Origin: Flectonema sp. DT1601
Lineage: Eukaryota
Reading direction: 5' to 3'
Length of the DNA stretch: 64,000 nucleotides
NCBI GenBank assembly: GCA_964019425.1
Contig: OZ025800.1
Location: 372,001-436,000 of the forward strand
The position numbers and the translations under genes were made by a program. This document shows, piece by piece, positions 1 through 11,045 of the stretch; the stretch's first letter is position 1; each line of letters starts with the position of its first letter. Under the pieces are notes generated by a model, which did not search any database, was not told the DNA's origin, and saw only the letters and a program-made list of their open reading frames with translations.

Positions 1-729
1 AAAAAAACATAATTATAGTTTCCCCCACCCACCCTGTCATGAAACAAAAGAGAGTTTTATTATTATTAAGTAGCAAGAGTTGTTTAGAGGGCTTCTATTT
101 TTCGATGCTGCTCTACATACTGCATTTCTTCGTTAACTATTATTATTTTTTTTTTTTTTTTGTCCTCTTGTCCTCGAGTCTTGAGTTAATTTTTTTTTCC
201 CGCTGCCTGTCAAACTCATTTCACGAGAGGAGAGATACTCCAAATTTTCTAAATAGGACACGTTCAACAGAATATAAGATTTTTTTTTTTTTTTTTTTAA
301 TTTGTTGTACAAAAAAAATACTTTTAAAAGTAAATCATACTTGTGCCCCCTCTAAAGGGAATTACATAAGGAAAGGGTTAACGCTTTATCCTCCCTTTCT
401 GTTGTCAAAAACAATGGCCCTTAAAACCCCTTATTTGAAATTCGCTCATTTTTGGAATTCCCTTTTTTAAGGAGCACAAGCATTTAAAAAAAAAAAAAAA
501 AAAAAAAAGAGGGGGAAAGAAGAAAAGGGGAGGGAGGGCTAATTATTTTGAGTATATTTATAATGATATAAATATAGGTGTTGTATCAAAGTTAACTATT
601 ATAAACAATTAGTAATTTATGAGACAGCTGACTAAAAGGTTACATTAGTATTGGTGGGTTGAAATGAAGAAGAAAAAAATACATAATTACCCTACTTGGA
701 TGCTGGTAACGAAAAAAAAAAAAAAAATA

Positions 730-2943
730 CTATTTTTTTCGTTGTTTGCCAATGCATTTTTTGCATTTTAGTGCTCCTGATTTTCGTTTTTCTAATTTGT
801 TTCCTGTTTCTTTGCATACAGAACAAGATGAAAAGATAGGATATTTTGATTCTATGTCTGCAAGAGTTGCTTTTAGTTTTTCTGCATCAGCAACAGCTGC
901 GTCCCTCTCGGCGACAATTGGAATTCGTTTGCGAAGTTCAGTTTCTGTTTCAGATAGCTTTTGGTGTTGAACTTTAATGTGAGTTTCCAGTTCTTTTATT
1001 CTTTTAGTCCTTGAAAGTAGTTCTTCAGATTGCTCATTGGCTGTTTTAACAGCAGCATCAGAGGTCGATTTTAAGTCTTGCAGTTGTGTTGAAAGCTTTG
1101 ATTCCTTCTCTGAATGATGTGCTTTGAGAGCAGAAATCTTTTCTTTTAAAGGTTTCACTGCTGCTGATATCTGCTGTTTAACATCCTCCTCAGTTATACC
1201 TGTAGGTACGTGAACAGTCACCTGTTCTGCTTGAGGTGTTGGTAATAAAACAGATGATTGAGGAGAAGCCTCTACCTGTGATATCGATACAGAAAGTTGC
1301 TTTACTGGAGTTTCTAACTGAGCACTGTCTCTGTCACTGTTTATACTTCCGTTTAAATTATCTTGTTTTCCTAACAACCTACGTAATACCTCAGGATTGC
1401 TCATTTGAAGCAGTTTATTTTCGAGATGGGTCTGCTGTGCTACAGCTCGACGTTCTCTTTTGAGCGCTTTCTGCTCTCGTTTTTCGAGCTTCCGTATGGT
1501 GCTATCGGTAGATAGCAACTTGTCTTCTAGTGATTGAATGGTGTCACGTTGTTGACTTATAAAAGTCTGAAGACATATCACTTCAGTGGTAGCACCTGAC
1601 AATGGTGTTTCAAGTGAGCTAACGGTCGGAGGAGAAAGTCTGTCTTGCAATAAACTTAAGAACGTATCCGTTTCAACATCAGGTTGTGGAGATAATAAAA
1701 CTCGTTGTGTACCTGTTGGAGATAAACTGCGTTCTGGACGTATCGAAGCAGATACAGCCCTTTCATAGTTTGCTAATTTTTCATTTATCTGACTCGATGT
1801 TGAGCGCCTCATTGCTGATATTCTTTGTTCTCTTTTTTGAATGTCTTCTATGCGTTTGGTGGCTTCTTGTTCGGTTCGTCTCATCATTCGCAGTGCTCGT
1901 TTTTTAGCTTCTGATTGCGCAGTGCGGATGGCGCCGACTGATGTCACAGTTCGGTGACTTGGTTTTGCTGATGATTTTGCGAGACTAGCAACTCTCGGAG
2001 GTCCGAGTTTACGTCCACCACTTGGAGTAGTTTTACTCCTCGGTGATCGAATTGATCCTTTAGCAGGTGTTGTTACTCTGGCTTTCAATCTAGCTGGTGG
2101 AGTACTTGAACTAGATGTGGTGTCAGCAGTCTCATCCTCTTCATCAGGTTCCTTGTCACTAAATATTTCCATCCCAATAAATTCACTGTAACTTATCCTC
2201 TGTGGATCATCAATACTTAGTGTGTTTGAAAACATTAAAAACGAACCTTCCTCCTCTGACAATTCCGAACACTGCTTCAAGTCCCTCACATAACCTGATG
2301 TTCGTATTGCTACTACTACGTCACTAATACGAGCTGCTTGTCCAGTACCACCAGAGGCTACCATAAATATTTTATTCTTAAGCTCATCAATGGTAAGTTT
2401 TGGACGAGAAGCAGACATCGATCTTCGAGGTATTTTCTGCTGATCACTATAAGATGAAGGCTCAGGTGTTGAGAGAGATGCTACTTGTTTAGGTTGAGGA
2501 CTGTTATCAGATTGAATACTGTTATAACTATTCACATTCTGTGATGATGGTGACAGTGGTTGTTGCTGAGGCTGAGGCTGAGGGGTAGGTGGCTGCTGTG
2601 GAATCGGCTTTGACGGGGCCTTTGTAAGAACAGCAGGAGATCTCTTTGGCGCAGTTACTGGAGCAGGTGCGGGTTCCGGCTCTGGTTCTGAATCTGCAGC
2701 TACAGAAATCACATCATCGTCACCCTCATCTTCTTCTGTCTCTCCAACCCGATCCTGAGTCTGACGATAATTTGTAATTTGTTTTGTTAAATCCTTTGTT
2801 GGAGGTGGTGGAGTTGGAGGCTTCTGAATCACTGGCTGCGGTGCCTTCACATGTCCCTTACTTGGCAGATCATCAAACGAGAATGCTGCCTCGTCAGATG
2901 ACTCATCGTCTTCAGAGTGGTATTCAGTCTCCGTATCACCCAT
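730..2943 (-). CDS. Hypothetical protein: acidic/Pro-rich low-complexity N-terminus, long coiled coils, C-terminal CxxC...CxxC putative zinc finger
   Basis: 737-aa ATG-initiated ORF with heptad-rich segments; ends CSVC...CKKC. Confidence 0.8.
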   Translation of the reverse strand: MGDTETEYHSEDDESSDEAAFSFDDLPSKGHVKAPQPVIQKPPTPPPPTKDLTKQITNYRQTQDRVGETEEDEGDDDVISVAADSEPEPEPAPAPVTAPKRSPAVLTKAPSKPIPQQPPTPQPQPQQQPLSPSSQNVNSYNSIQSDNSPQPKQVASLSTPEPSSYSDQQKIPRRSMSASRPKLTIDELKNKIFMVASGGTGQAARISDVVVAIRTSGYVRDLKQCSELSEEEGSFLMFSNTLSIDDPQRISYSEFIGMEIFSDKEPDEEDETADTTSSSSTPPARLKARVTTPAKGSIRSPRSKTTPSGGRKLGPPRVASLAKSSAKPSHRTVTSVGAIRTAQSEAKKRALRMMRRTEQEATKRIEDIQKREQRISAMRRSTSSQINEKLANYERAVSASIRPERSLSPTGTQRVLLSPQPDVETDTFLSLLQDRLSPPTVSSLETPLSGATTEVICLQTFISQQRDTIQSLEDKLLSTDSTIRKLEKREQKALKRERRAVAQQTHLENKLLQMSNPEVLRRLLGKQDNLNGSINSDRDSAQLETPVKQLSVSISQVEASPQSSVLLPTPQAEQVTVHVPTGITEEDVKQQISAAVKPLKEKISALKAHHSEKESKLSTQLQDLKSTSDAAVKTANEQSEELLSRTKRIKELETHIKVQHQKLSETETELRKRIPIVAERDAAVADAEKLKATLADIESKYPIFSSCSVCKETGNKLEKRKSGALKCKKCIGKQRKK

Positions 2944-3148
2944 GACTAAGTATTAAGTTCATATCCTGTTTAAGATAATAAATATAAATAATACACATTG
3001 TACTCTGTCATACTTTACTTCAATCACTTTACTTCACTTGAAGAAGGGATGCATTCTAGACTGGTTTAGTCATTGAATATACGTTTCCGTCTGTTGAACG
3101 TTTTTTTTTTTTTTTAAATTGTTTCTTTCTGTTGTAAACTGTGTCAGT

Positions 3149-3982
3149 TTAATTTCCTTCATAAACAGGTACCTTCTTCTGAGCGAAAGCTTCTAACCCA
3201 CGAATACGATCTTGAGTGGTTAAGATTGTCGCATAGCATTGTGTCTCGATTTCCATTCCTTGAGAACGCGAAACCTCAACACCATCTGTGATTGCCTTCT
3301 TTGCAGCCTGAAGAGCAATTGGTCCATTACGAGAGATTCTCCCTGCGATGAATAAAGCTTTTTGTAATGCAGCATCACTATCAGCTTCACAATAGTTGAC
3401 GAGACCGATGTTTTGGGCTTCAGGTCCAGTGACAGGATCAGCAGTGAAAATTAACTCTTTGGCTTTTGGGATTCCAATCAGTCTAGGAAGCCTTTGAGTA
3501 CCACCAGCACCTGGAATAATAGCAAGAGAGGTTTCAGGGAGTCCTACTTTACTTTTTTCGGAACAAACTCTCATGTCGCATGACAAAGCTAATTCGAGAC
3601 CACCTCCCAATGCAACTCCGTCAATAAGTGCGATAGTTGGACAACGGAGTTCTTCAAGTGCTGTAAAGGAGCTTCTCAAACCGGATACGAATTCACGAGC
3701 TTCCTCTTGTGACATTTCCTTTCTTTCCTTCAAGTCTGCTCCAGCGCTAAAAACACCTCCTACTTCACTCTTCAAAACAACAGCTCTGATTCCTACTTCG
3801 TTTTGACAAATCTGTAAGCACTCTTTGAACTCTTTAGCCATGAGTTTTCCAAATGCGTTTTTTCTTGCTGATCTGTTCATACTTAAGAGGATTGTACCTT
3901 TACCCTCATCCTTTAGAAAGCACTCTCTTGATGAATCCCAAGCAGGGCCGCTGAAGAATCGTCCGAGTGACCTGCGCAACAT
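3149..3982 (-). CDS. Enoyl-CoA hydratase/isomerase (crotonase) family, methylglutaconyl-CoA hydratase (AUH)-like, probably mitochondrial
   Basis: Motifs FSAGADLKER, ALGGGLELALSCD, GLPETSLAIIPGAGGTQRLPRL; MLRRS-type N-terminal targeting peptide. Confidence 0.93.
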   Translation of the reverse strand: MLRRSLGRFFSGPAWDSSRECFLKDEGKGTILLSMNRSARKNAFGKLMAKEFKECLQICQNEVGIRAVVLKSEVGGVFSAGADLKERKEMSQEEAREFVSGLRSSFTALEELRCPTIALIDGVALGGGLELALSCDMRVCSEKSKVGLPETSLAIIPGAGGTQRLPRLIGIPKAKELIFTADPVTGPEAQNIGLVNYCEADSDAALQKALFIAGRISRNGPIALQAAKKAITDGVEVSRSQGMEIETQCYATILTTQDRIRGLEAFAQKKVPVYEGN

Positions 3983-4254
3983 TATTCGAATCGGCTGTTA
4001 TAAGAGAATAAGAAATTCGTTTTAAAAAGGAAAAACAAATAAGGATATCAATTGACTAGATGAAGATACAGTGTTACGGACCTGTTATTCGAACTGATCG
4101 TACGAACGAAACGAAATTGAGGGATTGGGATGGAAGGGATTTGATGTGCTCTTTTTTTTTTTTTATTTGGTTTTTTTTTTTTCCCCCGTTTCATCCTATT
4201 ACTATAATCAATTTTTTTTATTTTTTGTTTTTATTTTTATTTTTTTTTTTATTT

Positions 4255-6456
4255 TCACCTTTGAATGTCATCGATCCCACGTTCATTCAGTGATTGATGG
4301 ATTTGTTTTAATCGAAATCCCACCGTTGTTACTATTTCTGGTTTACTCTCTGTTCCATCAAGTTCTATATCATCACCAATAGAATCAATCAGAGGCGCAA
4401 GTACCTTCGCAATGAAGGAAATACGAGCAGGAGGGTCAACAAGAAAAGCCTTGTGGATCCATTTTTGAAGATTTGCTCTAAAGAGGTCCAGTTCAGGATT
4501 TAGAGCAATCGAAGATCGGATGTCGTCAGCAAGGTTTGGTATTGTTAAGGTAAGTATCACCCACAGAATTTTCATATATAACGATGATTGGATGCTTAAG
4601 TTATCCCATGAAGCACCTTTCATATGAGACAATGAGCATTTTCCATTCTTAACTAACAAAGCAAAGCAAATACTGATGTTTATATATTGAGACATGTTTG
4701 TTGAGTCGCTCTCTTGTATTGAACTCCAGCAGTCCCAGTACGCGTACATAAGGGTGAATTTCCATCTCCTATTCGAATCGCTTAACTTATTTAAAATATT
4801 AAAATAAAATCTGTTAAAGATTCGTTCATGAGAGAGGCAATGAAGAAGTACAAAAACTAATTCTTTTTCATCATGACCTTTCAGGTTTAATCTCACAAGG
4901 TTGTGAAGACAGTCGGCAGAGTCTTCCGCTGCGCATATTGTCTTGAATAAAATACGACGAATCTCAGTATTAAAAACCCGATGTTTGGCTGTCAATTCAT
5001 TAATTGGAATTGCAGATGCTGTTTTTTCTGGTTCAGACTCAGGTTCGCTTTCAGTGTCGTCTTCAAGGTGTTCCTCATCTTCATCGCAATCAGAAAAAGA
5101 TTCAGCGAGATCCGAATCGGAGTCATCATTTTCTTTTGTGTGTCCTCTCGCGATTGACAACCACCACATTCCAATTCTCTTTCCGGTACATAATTTAAAA
5201 GTAATCGTATGAACTGTTGGATCTTTGATATGAAGACCCGTCATAATTGCTCCGATTGTTCGAAGGGTTTGGTCCCTACTGTTGAGGTCCATTCGTCGTG
5301 ATTCTGCTCCGAAAGTTTTCTGACCCTTACTAGTTCTCATTGCTTGAAGTAGTTCTACAATGACATTAGCTCTAGCCGATGTTTCTAATGAGTGTGATCT
5401 TTGTAATTTATCCTTTATATAATCAGATACATCTTTCAAAGCTGTAGCATTGTCTGTTTTTAACTGCATTCCTCCAACAGATATCAACACCAGAAGAAGC
5501 TCCAATTGTAACTCTTTAGTATCAGAGTTTTTAAACTTTGAAAGCATTCGAATAACGCTGTACACAAGGATAGAATCAGTTACTTTTGTTGCGTGTAAAT
5601 GAGACAATAAAAGAATACTGTTGATAGCTCTATTACGTTGGGAGGATACAATTTGTTTTTGTAATGCACAGCAAAGGGAAGCACACAGTTCGGCTGAAAA
5701 CATTTCACCTAACGAAGCTGATACGATCTTGATTAAAGCACTATAAGGGAATATAAAAGACGAGACAAGTCTAACTTGATCGCATATCGATTCTATGATG
5801 ATGTCGTTAAACGATTGAGAAAAATCAAATCTTGACAGCTCAGATTTCGAATTCAAAGTGATAATCTCTTGAGAACAAAATTTTATAGTATCAGGACTCA
5901 GTCTGTTTATTATCGACTTGATTTCGGTTATGAGTTTTTCTTTTGGTGAGATTTCGTTCTTTTCTCTTAACGAAGGCGGCACATATGCTTGTGGTTTAGG
6001 TTTTTCTGCCGGAGGAGGTTTCGCTGTCAGGGGTGTTATTAATTTAACATCCTCAACCATATTGAAGGTAACTTGTTTGACGTCTTTCGTAGGTGTGGTT
6101 ATGCCAACATCGTGAGTTGATTGCTGTTGTTGTTGTTGTTGTTGTAGTTGTTGTAGTTGTTGCTCAGGCTTTATGTAAACAATATTCTTTCGTCTCTTTA
6201 CCTCAGAAGAGGCACGCTGTGGTATTTTCGTCTTTGCAGGTGCAGGAACAGTCTGTTTTACTTTCCTTACTGGAGCCACTTCCGGTTGCGTTGGAGGAGT
6301 TGCCAAACCAGCGCCCTCCTTTCTTGTGTTGTTCACATTTTGAAATCTCTTTGTGAATCTGTCTTTCCTAACTTTTTTATTTTCTCGTTCTCGCTTTCGG
6401 CGATCCTTTCGCAGCTGTTTTTGGGTGACTTCCTTTCCTCGTTTGGCCTTACCCAT
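4255..6456 (-). CDS. NOM1: Nucleolar MIF4G + MA3 domain protein (NOM1/Sgd1-like)
   Basis: Basic N-terminus; MIF4G start IKSIINRLS; acidic linker; MA3-like EIRRILFKTICAAEDSADC...LLHCLSHERIFNRFY. Confidence 0.8.
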   Translation of the reverse strand: MGKAKRGKEVTQKQLRKDRRKRERENKKVRKDRFTKRFQNVNNTRKEGAGLATPPTQPEVAPVRKVKQTVPAPAKTKIPQRASSEVKRRKNIVYIKPEQQLQQLQQQQQQQQSTHDVGITTPTKDVKQVTFNMVEDVKLITPLTAKPPPAEKPKPQAYVPPSLREKNEISPKEKLITEIKSIINRLSPDTIKFCSQEIITLNSKSELSRFDFSQSFNDIIIESICDQVRLVSSFIFPYSALIKIVSASLGEMFSAELCASLCCALQKQIVSSQRNRAINSILLLSHLHATKVTDSILVYSVIRMLSKFKNSDTKELQLELLLVLISVGGMQLKTDNATALKDVSDYIKDKLQRSHSLETSARANVIVELLQAMRTSKGQKTFGAESRRMDLNSRDQTLRTIGAIMTGLHIKDPTVHTITFKLCTGKRIGMWWLSIARGHTKENDDSDSDLAESFSDCDEDEEHLEDDTESEPESEPEKTASAIPINELTAKHRVFNTEIRRILFKTICAAEDSADCLHNLVRLNLKGHDEKELVFVLLHCLSHERIFNRFYFNILNKLSDSNRRWKFTLMYAYWDCWSSIQESDSTNMSQYINISICFALLVKNGKCSLSHMKGASWDNLSIQSSLYMKILWVILTLTIPNLADDIRSSIALNPELDLFRANLQKWIHKAFLVDPPARISFIAKVLAPLIDSIGDDIELDGTESKPEIVTTVGFRLKQIHQSLNERGIDDIQR

Positions 6457-6702
6457 TTTCTTTTGTTGATATTCTGAGGTAAAATTTAATAGTTATAATA
6501 TGGTTGTGAATAGTGGTCATCGGACATCTCTCTTTAACTAAAGGCTGGCAACCCATTGAAGAGAACCTGTGGAATAACTTTTATTTTATTTTATTTTATT
6601 TTATTTTCAAAGTTAAAATCAAAAAAAAAAAAAAAGAAAGAAAAAGAAAACAATATGCTACTTCTGAATTATATGATGAGCTTTGCTACAGCAAACAAAT
6701 TG

Positions 6703-6741
<39 letters not shown>

Positions 6742-7178
6742 CTTTTTGCTGATGGGTTTTTGTTTCTATTTCAACATGAAGAGGTGTTAGGTTGTGCCTA
6801 GGAGAGCCACTCGATCGCAGTCAGCGGGATAAATGCTTTTCTTTTTTCTTTTTTTTTTTTTTTTTTTCCCTTTCACAGAAAATTGATTAATATAAAAAAC
6901 CCCCCCCCCCAACACGACGGCAGAGTGTATAAGCCAATATAAACCGACTGTTCGTTCTGTTTAGTTCGATCCAGTTTGTCTTCCTATTTCTTTATTTCAT
7001 TTTCTTCTGTTGTCCCCCCCCCCCTTCATTTTGTAAGATGCCAAATTTAAAGTATCTATTTTTGCCCCCCCCCTCCTCTCATACAATTTACGTTACTTAA
7101 ATCGTAACGACGGAGAAGAAAAATCGTGGGATGGGGGGAAAATTAAAGAATAAAAAATTAGAATGAAAAATGAAGTGA

Positions 7179-7210
<32 letters not shown>

Positions 7211-7920
7211 TTTTTTGACTCTCGAAATCACTGTTTCTTCACAGGTCAACTGTGAAATGCGATTTGCTTGAAAACCAAAAAAAAAAAAAAAAGAAATAAA
7301 GGAAACCCGGGCACCAGCCACAGAGTTAGTAGTAAGTAGGTAAAAAACGCATAAAAAAAAGAACCTCCTATGGCATCACAACTTTACTCCTTTTCTAAAT
7401 ACCTCCGTAAGTACACAAACGTTAGTTAATTCAACGTTACTGTATATTAAGAGTGCTAGGTAACTCACAGCAACAGAGGACCCAATCCGTAACCGTTTCC
7501 AAAGACTCAGCAATGGATTGTTGAATTAGTTTCAGCTGACGTTACGAGCGGTATTCAAAGGCACGCAAAAAAAACAACAGTTTTTTGTGCGGGTAAAAAA
7601 TAAGAGAAAAATAAAATAATAATAAAACTTACCGAAATTTAACCCCCCCCTGCGAGTAATCAACTGCAGAACTCGATAGTTCATATCGAAAAGTGTTCTT
7701 CTGTTTTCGCGGGATGGACAAGAGTGGAGTAGGTGAAATGTTTTTTTTTCTGAAAATAATTGCTAGAGTCTTTCTTAAGTAAGACTTTTGCATCAAAGAA
7801 AATCAGATTGTTGTCAGGTGGTAACAACATCTGAATGAACAAAAAAAAAAAAAAAAAAAAAAACTCACCTCATCGATACTATTTATGGTCACGTTTTTAT
7901 AAAGATATGAACAGTGTGCC

Positions 7921-7955
<35 letters not shown>

Positions 7956-9207
7956 TGATCAGCGAAGTATAAGGTTCATTTTGAATAGTTTTTTTTACCT
8001 CTTCCTTTTTTCCTGCGCAAAAAAAATAAAATACAACGGTCCGACCTGACCAAACTTTTTTTTTTTTTTTTTTTTTCTATTCTTTTTTTCCGTCTCTTTC
8101 CAACAACGGTTGGGACCCCAATCGGTAACGAGTTACCTATTGCCGAATATAAAAATGAAATAACAGGTTGCTTGCTTTTTTGTTGTTTAGCATTCATATT
8201 TATGTGTCTATAAGCCATAAGAGTTACAGGAACGAGAAGAAAACATGATCGGAAAAATAAAAGTTCCTTTTTATTTTATTTTATTTTATTTTTTGTTTTT
8301 TTTTTTAAAAAGAAAAAAATGTGAAATGTATCAAGCAAAAAGAGAAAAAATGATGACTCCAGCCCATCGCTACAATGGCAACAGCCCGTATCAAACGTTT
8401 TTTTTTTTTTTTTTTTTTTTTTGCATTACGTGGTTCTAATACTTTGTCACTCAAACACACAAGAAAATAAAAAAAATAAAAATAACAAAAGTCGAAGAAT
8501 GAATAAATACAATCCTCTGAAACTGCCTCTCACTTTGGAAGTGAGATTCATTCAAGAAAAACGAAAACACAAGAACCAGCACGCAATAAATATAAAAAAC
8601 AATAATAGAAATAATTACCTTAAGGCATGGGTTGGACCCCTCCCCCTCCAAATTTGGAGGCCCCAAGGAAACAGTTTGAACCAAGAGGGGGCTATATTTT
8701 TTTATCAACAGAAACCTGTAATGCTGCTGTAGCTGCTCTCCAGCAATGGTCCACTACCCCCCAGAGCCCTGCAAATTCCGAGGGAGGTCCAACTATGATA
8801 AGCGAACAATAAATCAATATAATCTTATTAAAGAATGAAGAAAAAAGAAAAAAAAGGGTGTTAGATCGCTGCTCGCCCTATGAAGTCGAATCTAAGTAAG
8901 CCAACACAAGCAACTAACTAACGACGTTAAAAATACAAACAAAACCAAAAGTTAAAAAGATGTTTTTAAAAAAAAAAAGAAAATCTCTAATTTCTTCCCC
9001 CAATTTTCAAAAACCTTTAAAAACAACTTTTTTTTTTTTTCCTTTCGGAAAAGGAAATTGTTGCTGTAATTAAAAATTTATGGAAAGAATTCTTGAGTAG
9101 GGAAGCATCCCATCGGTCGCCTGAAGCGTATAGTATAACATTAGTGGCTATGAGACAGCTCATTTTGTTCTTTCAAAGATCTGCTCCACACGTTTTTTTA
9201 TTGTTGT

Positions 9208-10257
9208 TTACTGGGATTCGGTACTGGTATCAGTTGGACAGTATTGACGTCCTCGTTGATATTCGTTCCAAGCTTCGATATCAATGACACCGTCAGGATC
9301 AGCTCCGTCAGCTTCTTCAGACCTGATTCCATTAAAAGACGTCATTGGTGGTTGAGCTAATGTGTTTATCGAAACGTTTCCACTTTCAACAAAAATTTTA
9401 AATTTTCTCAAACCAGGTGCATAGACGTGCATGGTGTATGCTGGTTTATCTGTCGGGTTACATACTCTGTGAAGACCAATTTCATTAGTGACGTAAGCAC
9501 AGTCGCCGACGTTTAAGAGAGAAACACATTTTCTCTTAAGAGGAGTGCATCTTTGAACAGATCCACCAGTTTGAGCACATCTGTCAAACTTTGGAGTGTG
9601 GTACTGAATTTCTTTTACCTGTCCTTCAACACAGAAAGCCCAACAGCTGCTTTCATCGTGATCGTGGATTGTTGAGGAACAACCAGGTGGCCAACACATG
9701 AGAATAGCATCAAAATGTTCTGTAGCAAACATTAAATTTCTGGTGTATTTCTCAGGGTGGTGCTCATCCCAATGTACAAATTTCGACCACTCTTCTTCTC
9801 TCGGGTACCACTTACATATTTGTTCGCGAACACCTGCAACATCGTGCTCAATTGCTGATTTACCAACAATCATTTTCTTCAAAGTTTCCATAAGTGATGA
9901 TAGTGTGTGTGTATCTGGCATAAGACATCCACCAAGGTATCCCTCGCCATCATTGATTACTAGATCTCTTAGCTTAAGCCAAGCATCAAGACCAGGACCC
10001 TTCTTAAATAATTCCATGTCATCTTTTCCAGTAAAGGTAATACAAAACGCTACTTCTCCTTCTTTAGGGTGGCAAACCTTGATGTCACTCACACCCGTTT
10101 CCATATTATAAAATCCATGAGCGATTTGTTGAACGGTGTATTCAAATTCCTTCTCCATTCCTTCAATAGATTTGTACTGAAACATTAAAACCTGTTCCCC
10201 GGTACCATTCGCATGACAGATCTTACGATCACTGCAGCATTTGTTTTCCAATTCCAT
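9208..10257 (-). CDS. CDO1: Cysteine dioxygenase type I (cupin) with an additional ~110-aa N-terminal domain
   Basis: YTRNL, CWPPGCSSTIHDH..SSC, GLHRV and MHVY motifs supply the 3-His iron site and the Cys/Tyr cross-link residues. Confidence 0.9.
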   Translation of the reverse strand: MELENKCCSDRKICHANGTGEQVLMFQYKSIEGMEKEFEYTVQQIAHGFYNMETGVSDIKVCHPKEGEVAFCITFTGKDDMELFKKGPGLDAWLKLRDLVINDGEGYLGGCLMPDTHTLSSLMETLKKMIVGKSAIEHDVAGVREQICKWYPREEEWSKFVHWDEHHPEKYTRNLMFATEHFDAILMCWPPGCSSTIHDHDESSCWAFCVEGQVKEIQYHTPKFDRCAQTGGSVQRCTPLKRKCVSLLNVGDCAYVTNEIGLHRVCNPTDKPAYTMHVYAPGLRKFKIFVESGNVSINTLAQPPMTSFNGIRSEEADGADPDGVIDIEAWNEYQRGRQYCPTDTSTESQ

Positions 10258-11010
10258 CCGAAAAATGATAACGTTTGGATGAGTTTTTTCCTGAGAAGAA
10301 AAAATAACTTAATATTGAAAGGTTACGTATCGCAGTTAACTATTCTACAACTTTTTCCCCATGTTTTTGAATGTTTTTTTTAACCTGTGATTAAAACAAT
10401 AATTGAATTATTATTCGCTATTATAATCTGATATGCAACGTGCACCATCCCTGTAAACACTTGGGACAGTAGCTACAGTACAACATGGTTTGTTGGTTTG
10501 CAGGGGGGCGGTTTACTTGCACCTTGGAGGGCAGTGGGCTACTAATTTTGAGAGTAGTAATAAAAAGAACGGGCGGGAGGTGTTGGGAAAAAGGAGAAGA
10601 CATTTGTTAATTTTGCCATTCAATAAGTTTTTTTTTTTTTTATTTTATTTTTTTTTTTGCGAAAACTCCTAATTCCACGAAAATAGTTTCCGAAATCGCC
10701 AACTCATCACAAATATTTAACCACCCAAAACAGCCCACCATGACAGAAAAAAAAAAGTTTTTTTTTTTTAAAAGTCGTATTCTATGGTCAAAGCTCCGTA
10801 ATTATCTGAACTACACGTTTTCTGAGATGCATTATTTTATTTTCTATTTTTCTTTTTCTTTTTTTGTCGCATCATCTTTTGTTTCAAACAGGATTATTCC
10901 TCAGTAAAAAAAAAAAAAATGCGGAGAGAGAAATTTGGAAGGGGGAAAATAAAAAACAGGGTTTTGAGGGAGAATAAGTTTTGCGTCCTTGTGCCTTTCT
11001 TCTTTTTAAT

Positions 11011-11045
<35 letters not shown>

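Noticed and set aside
39..470. This and many other short poly-Phe/poly-Lys ORFs, plus plus-strand ORFs antisense to genes
   Set aside because: Products of poly-T/poly-A tracts or shadows of real genes; no protein motifs
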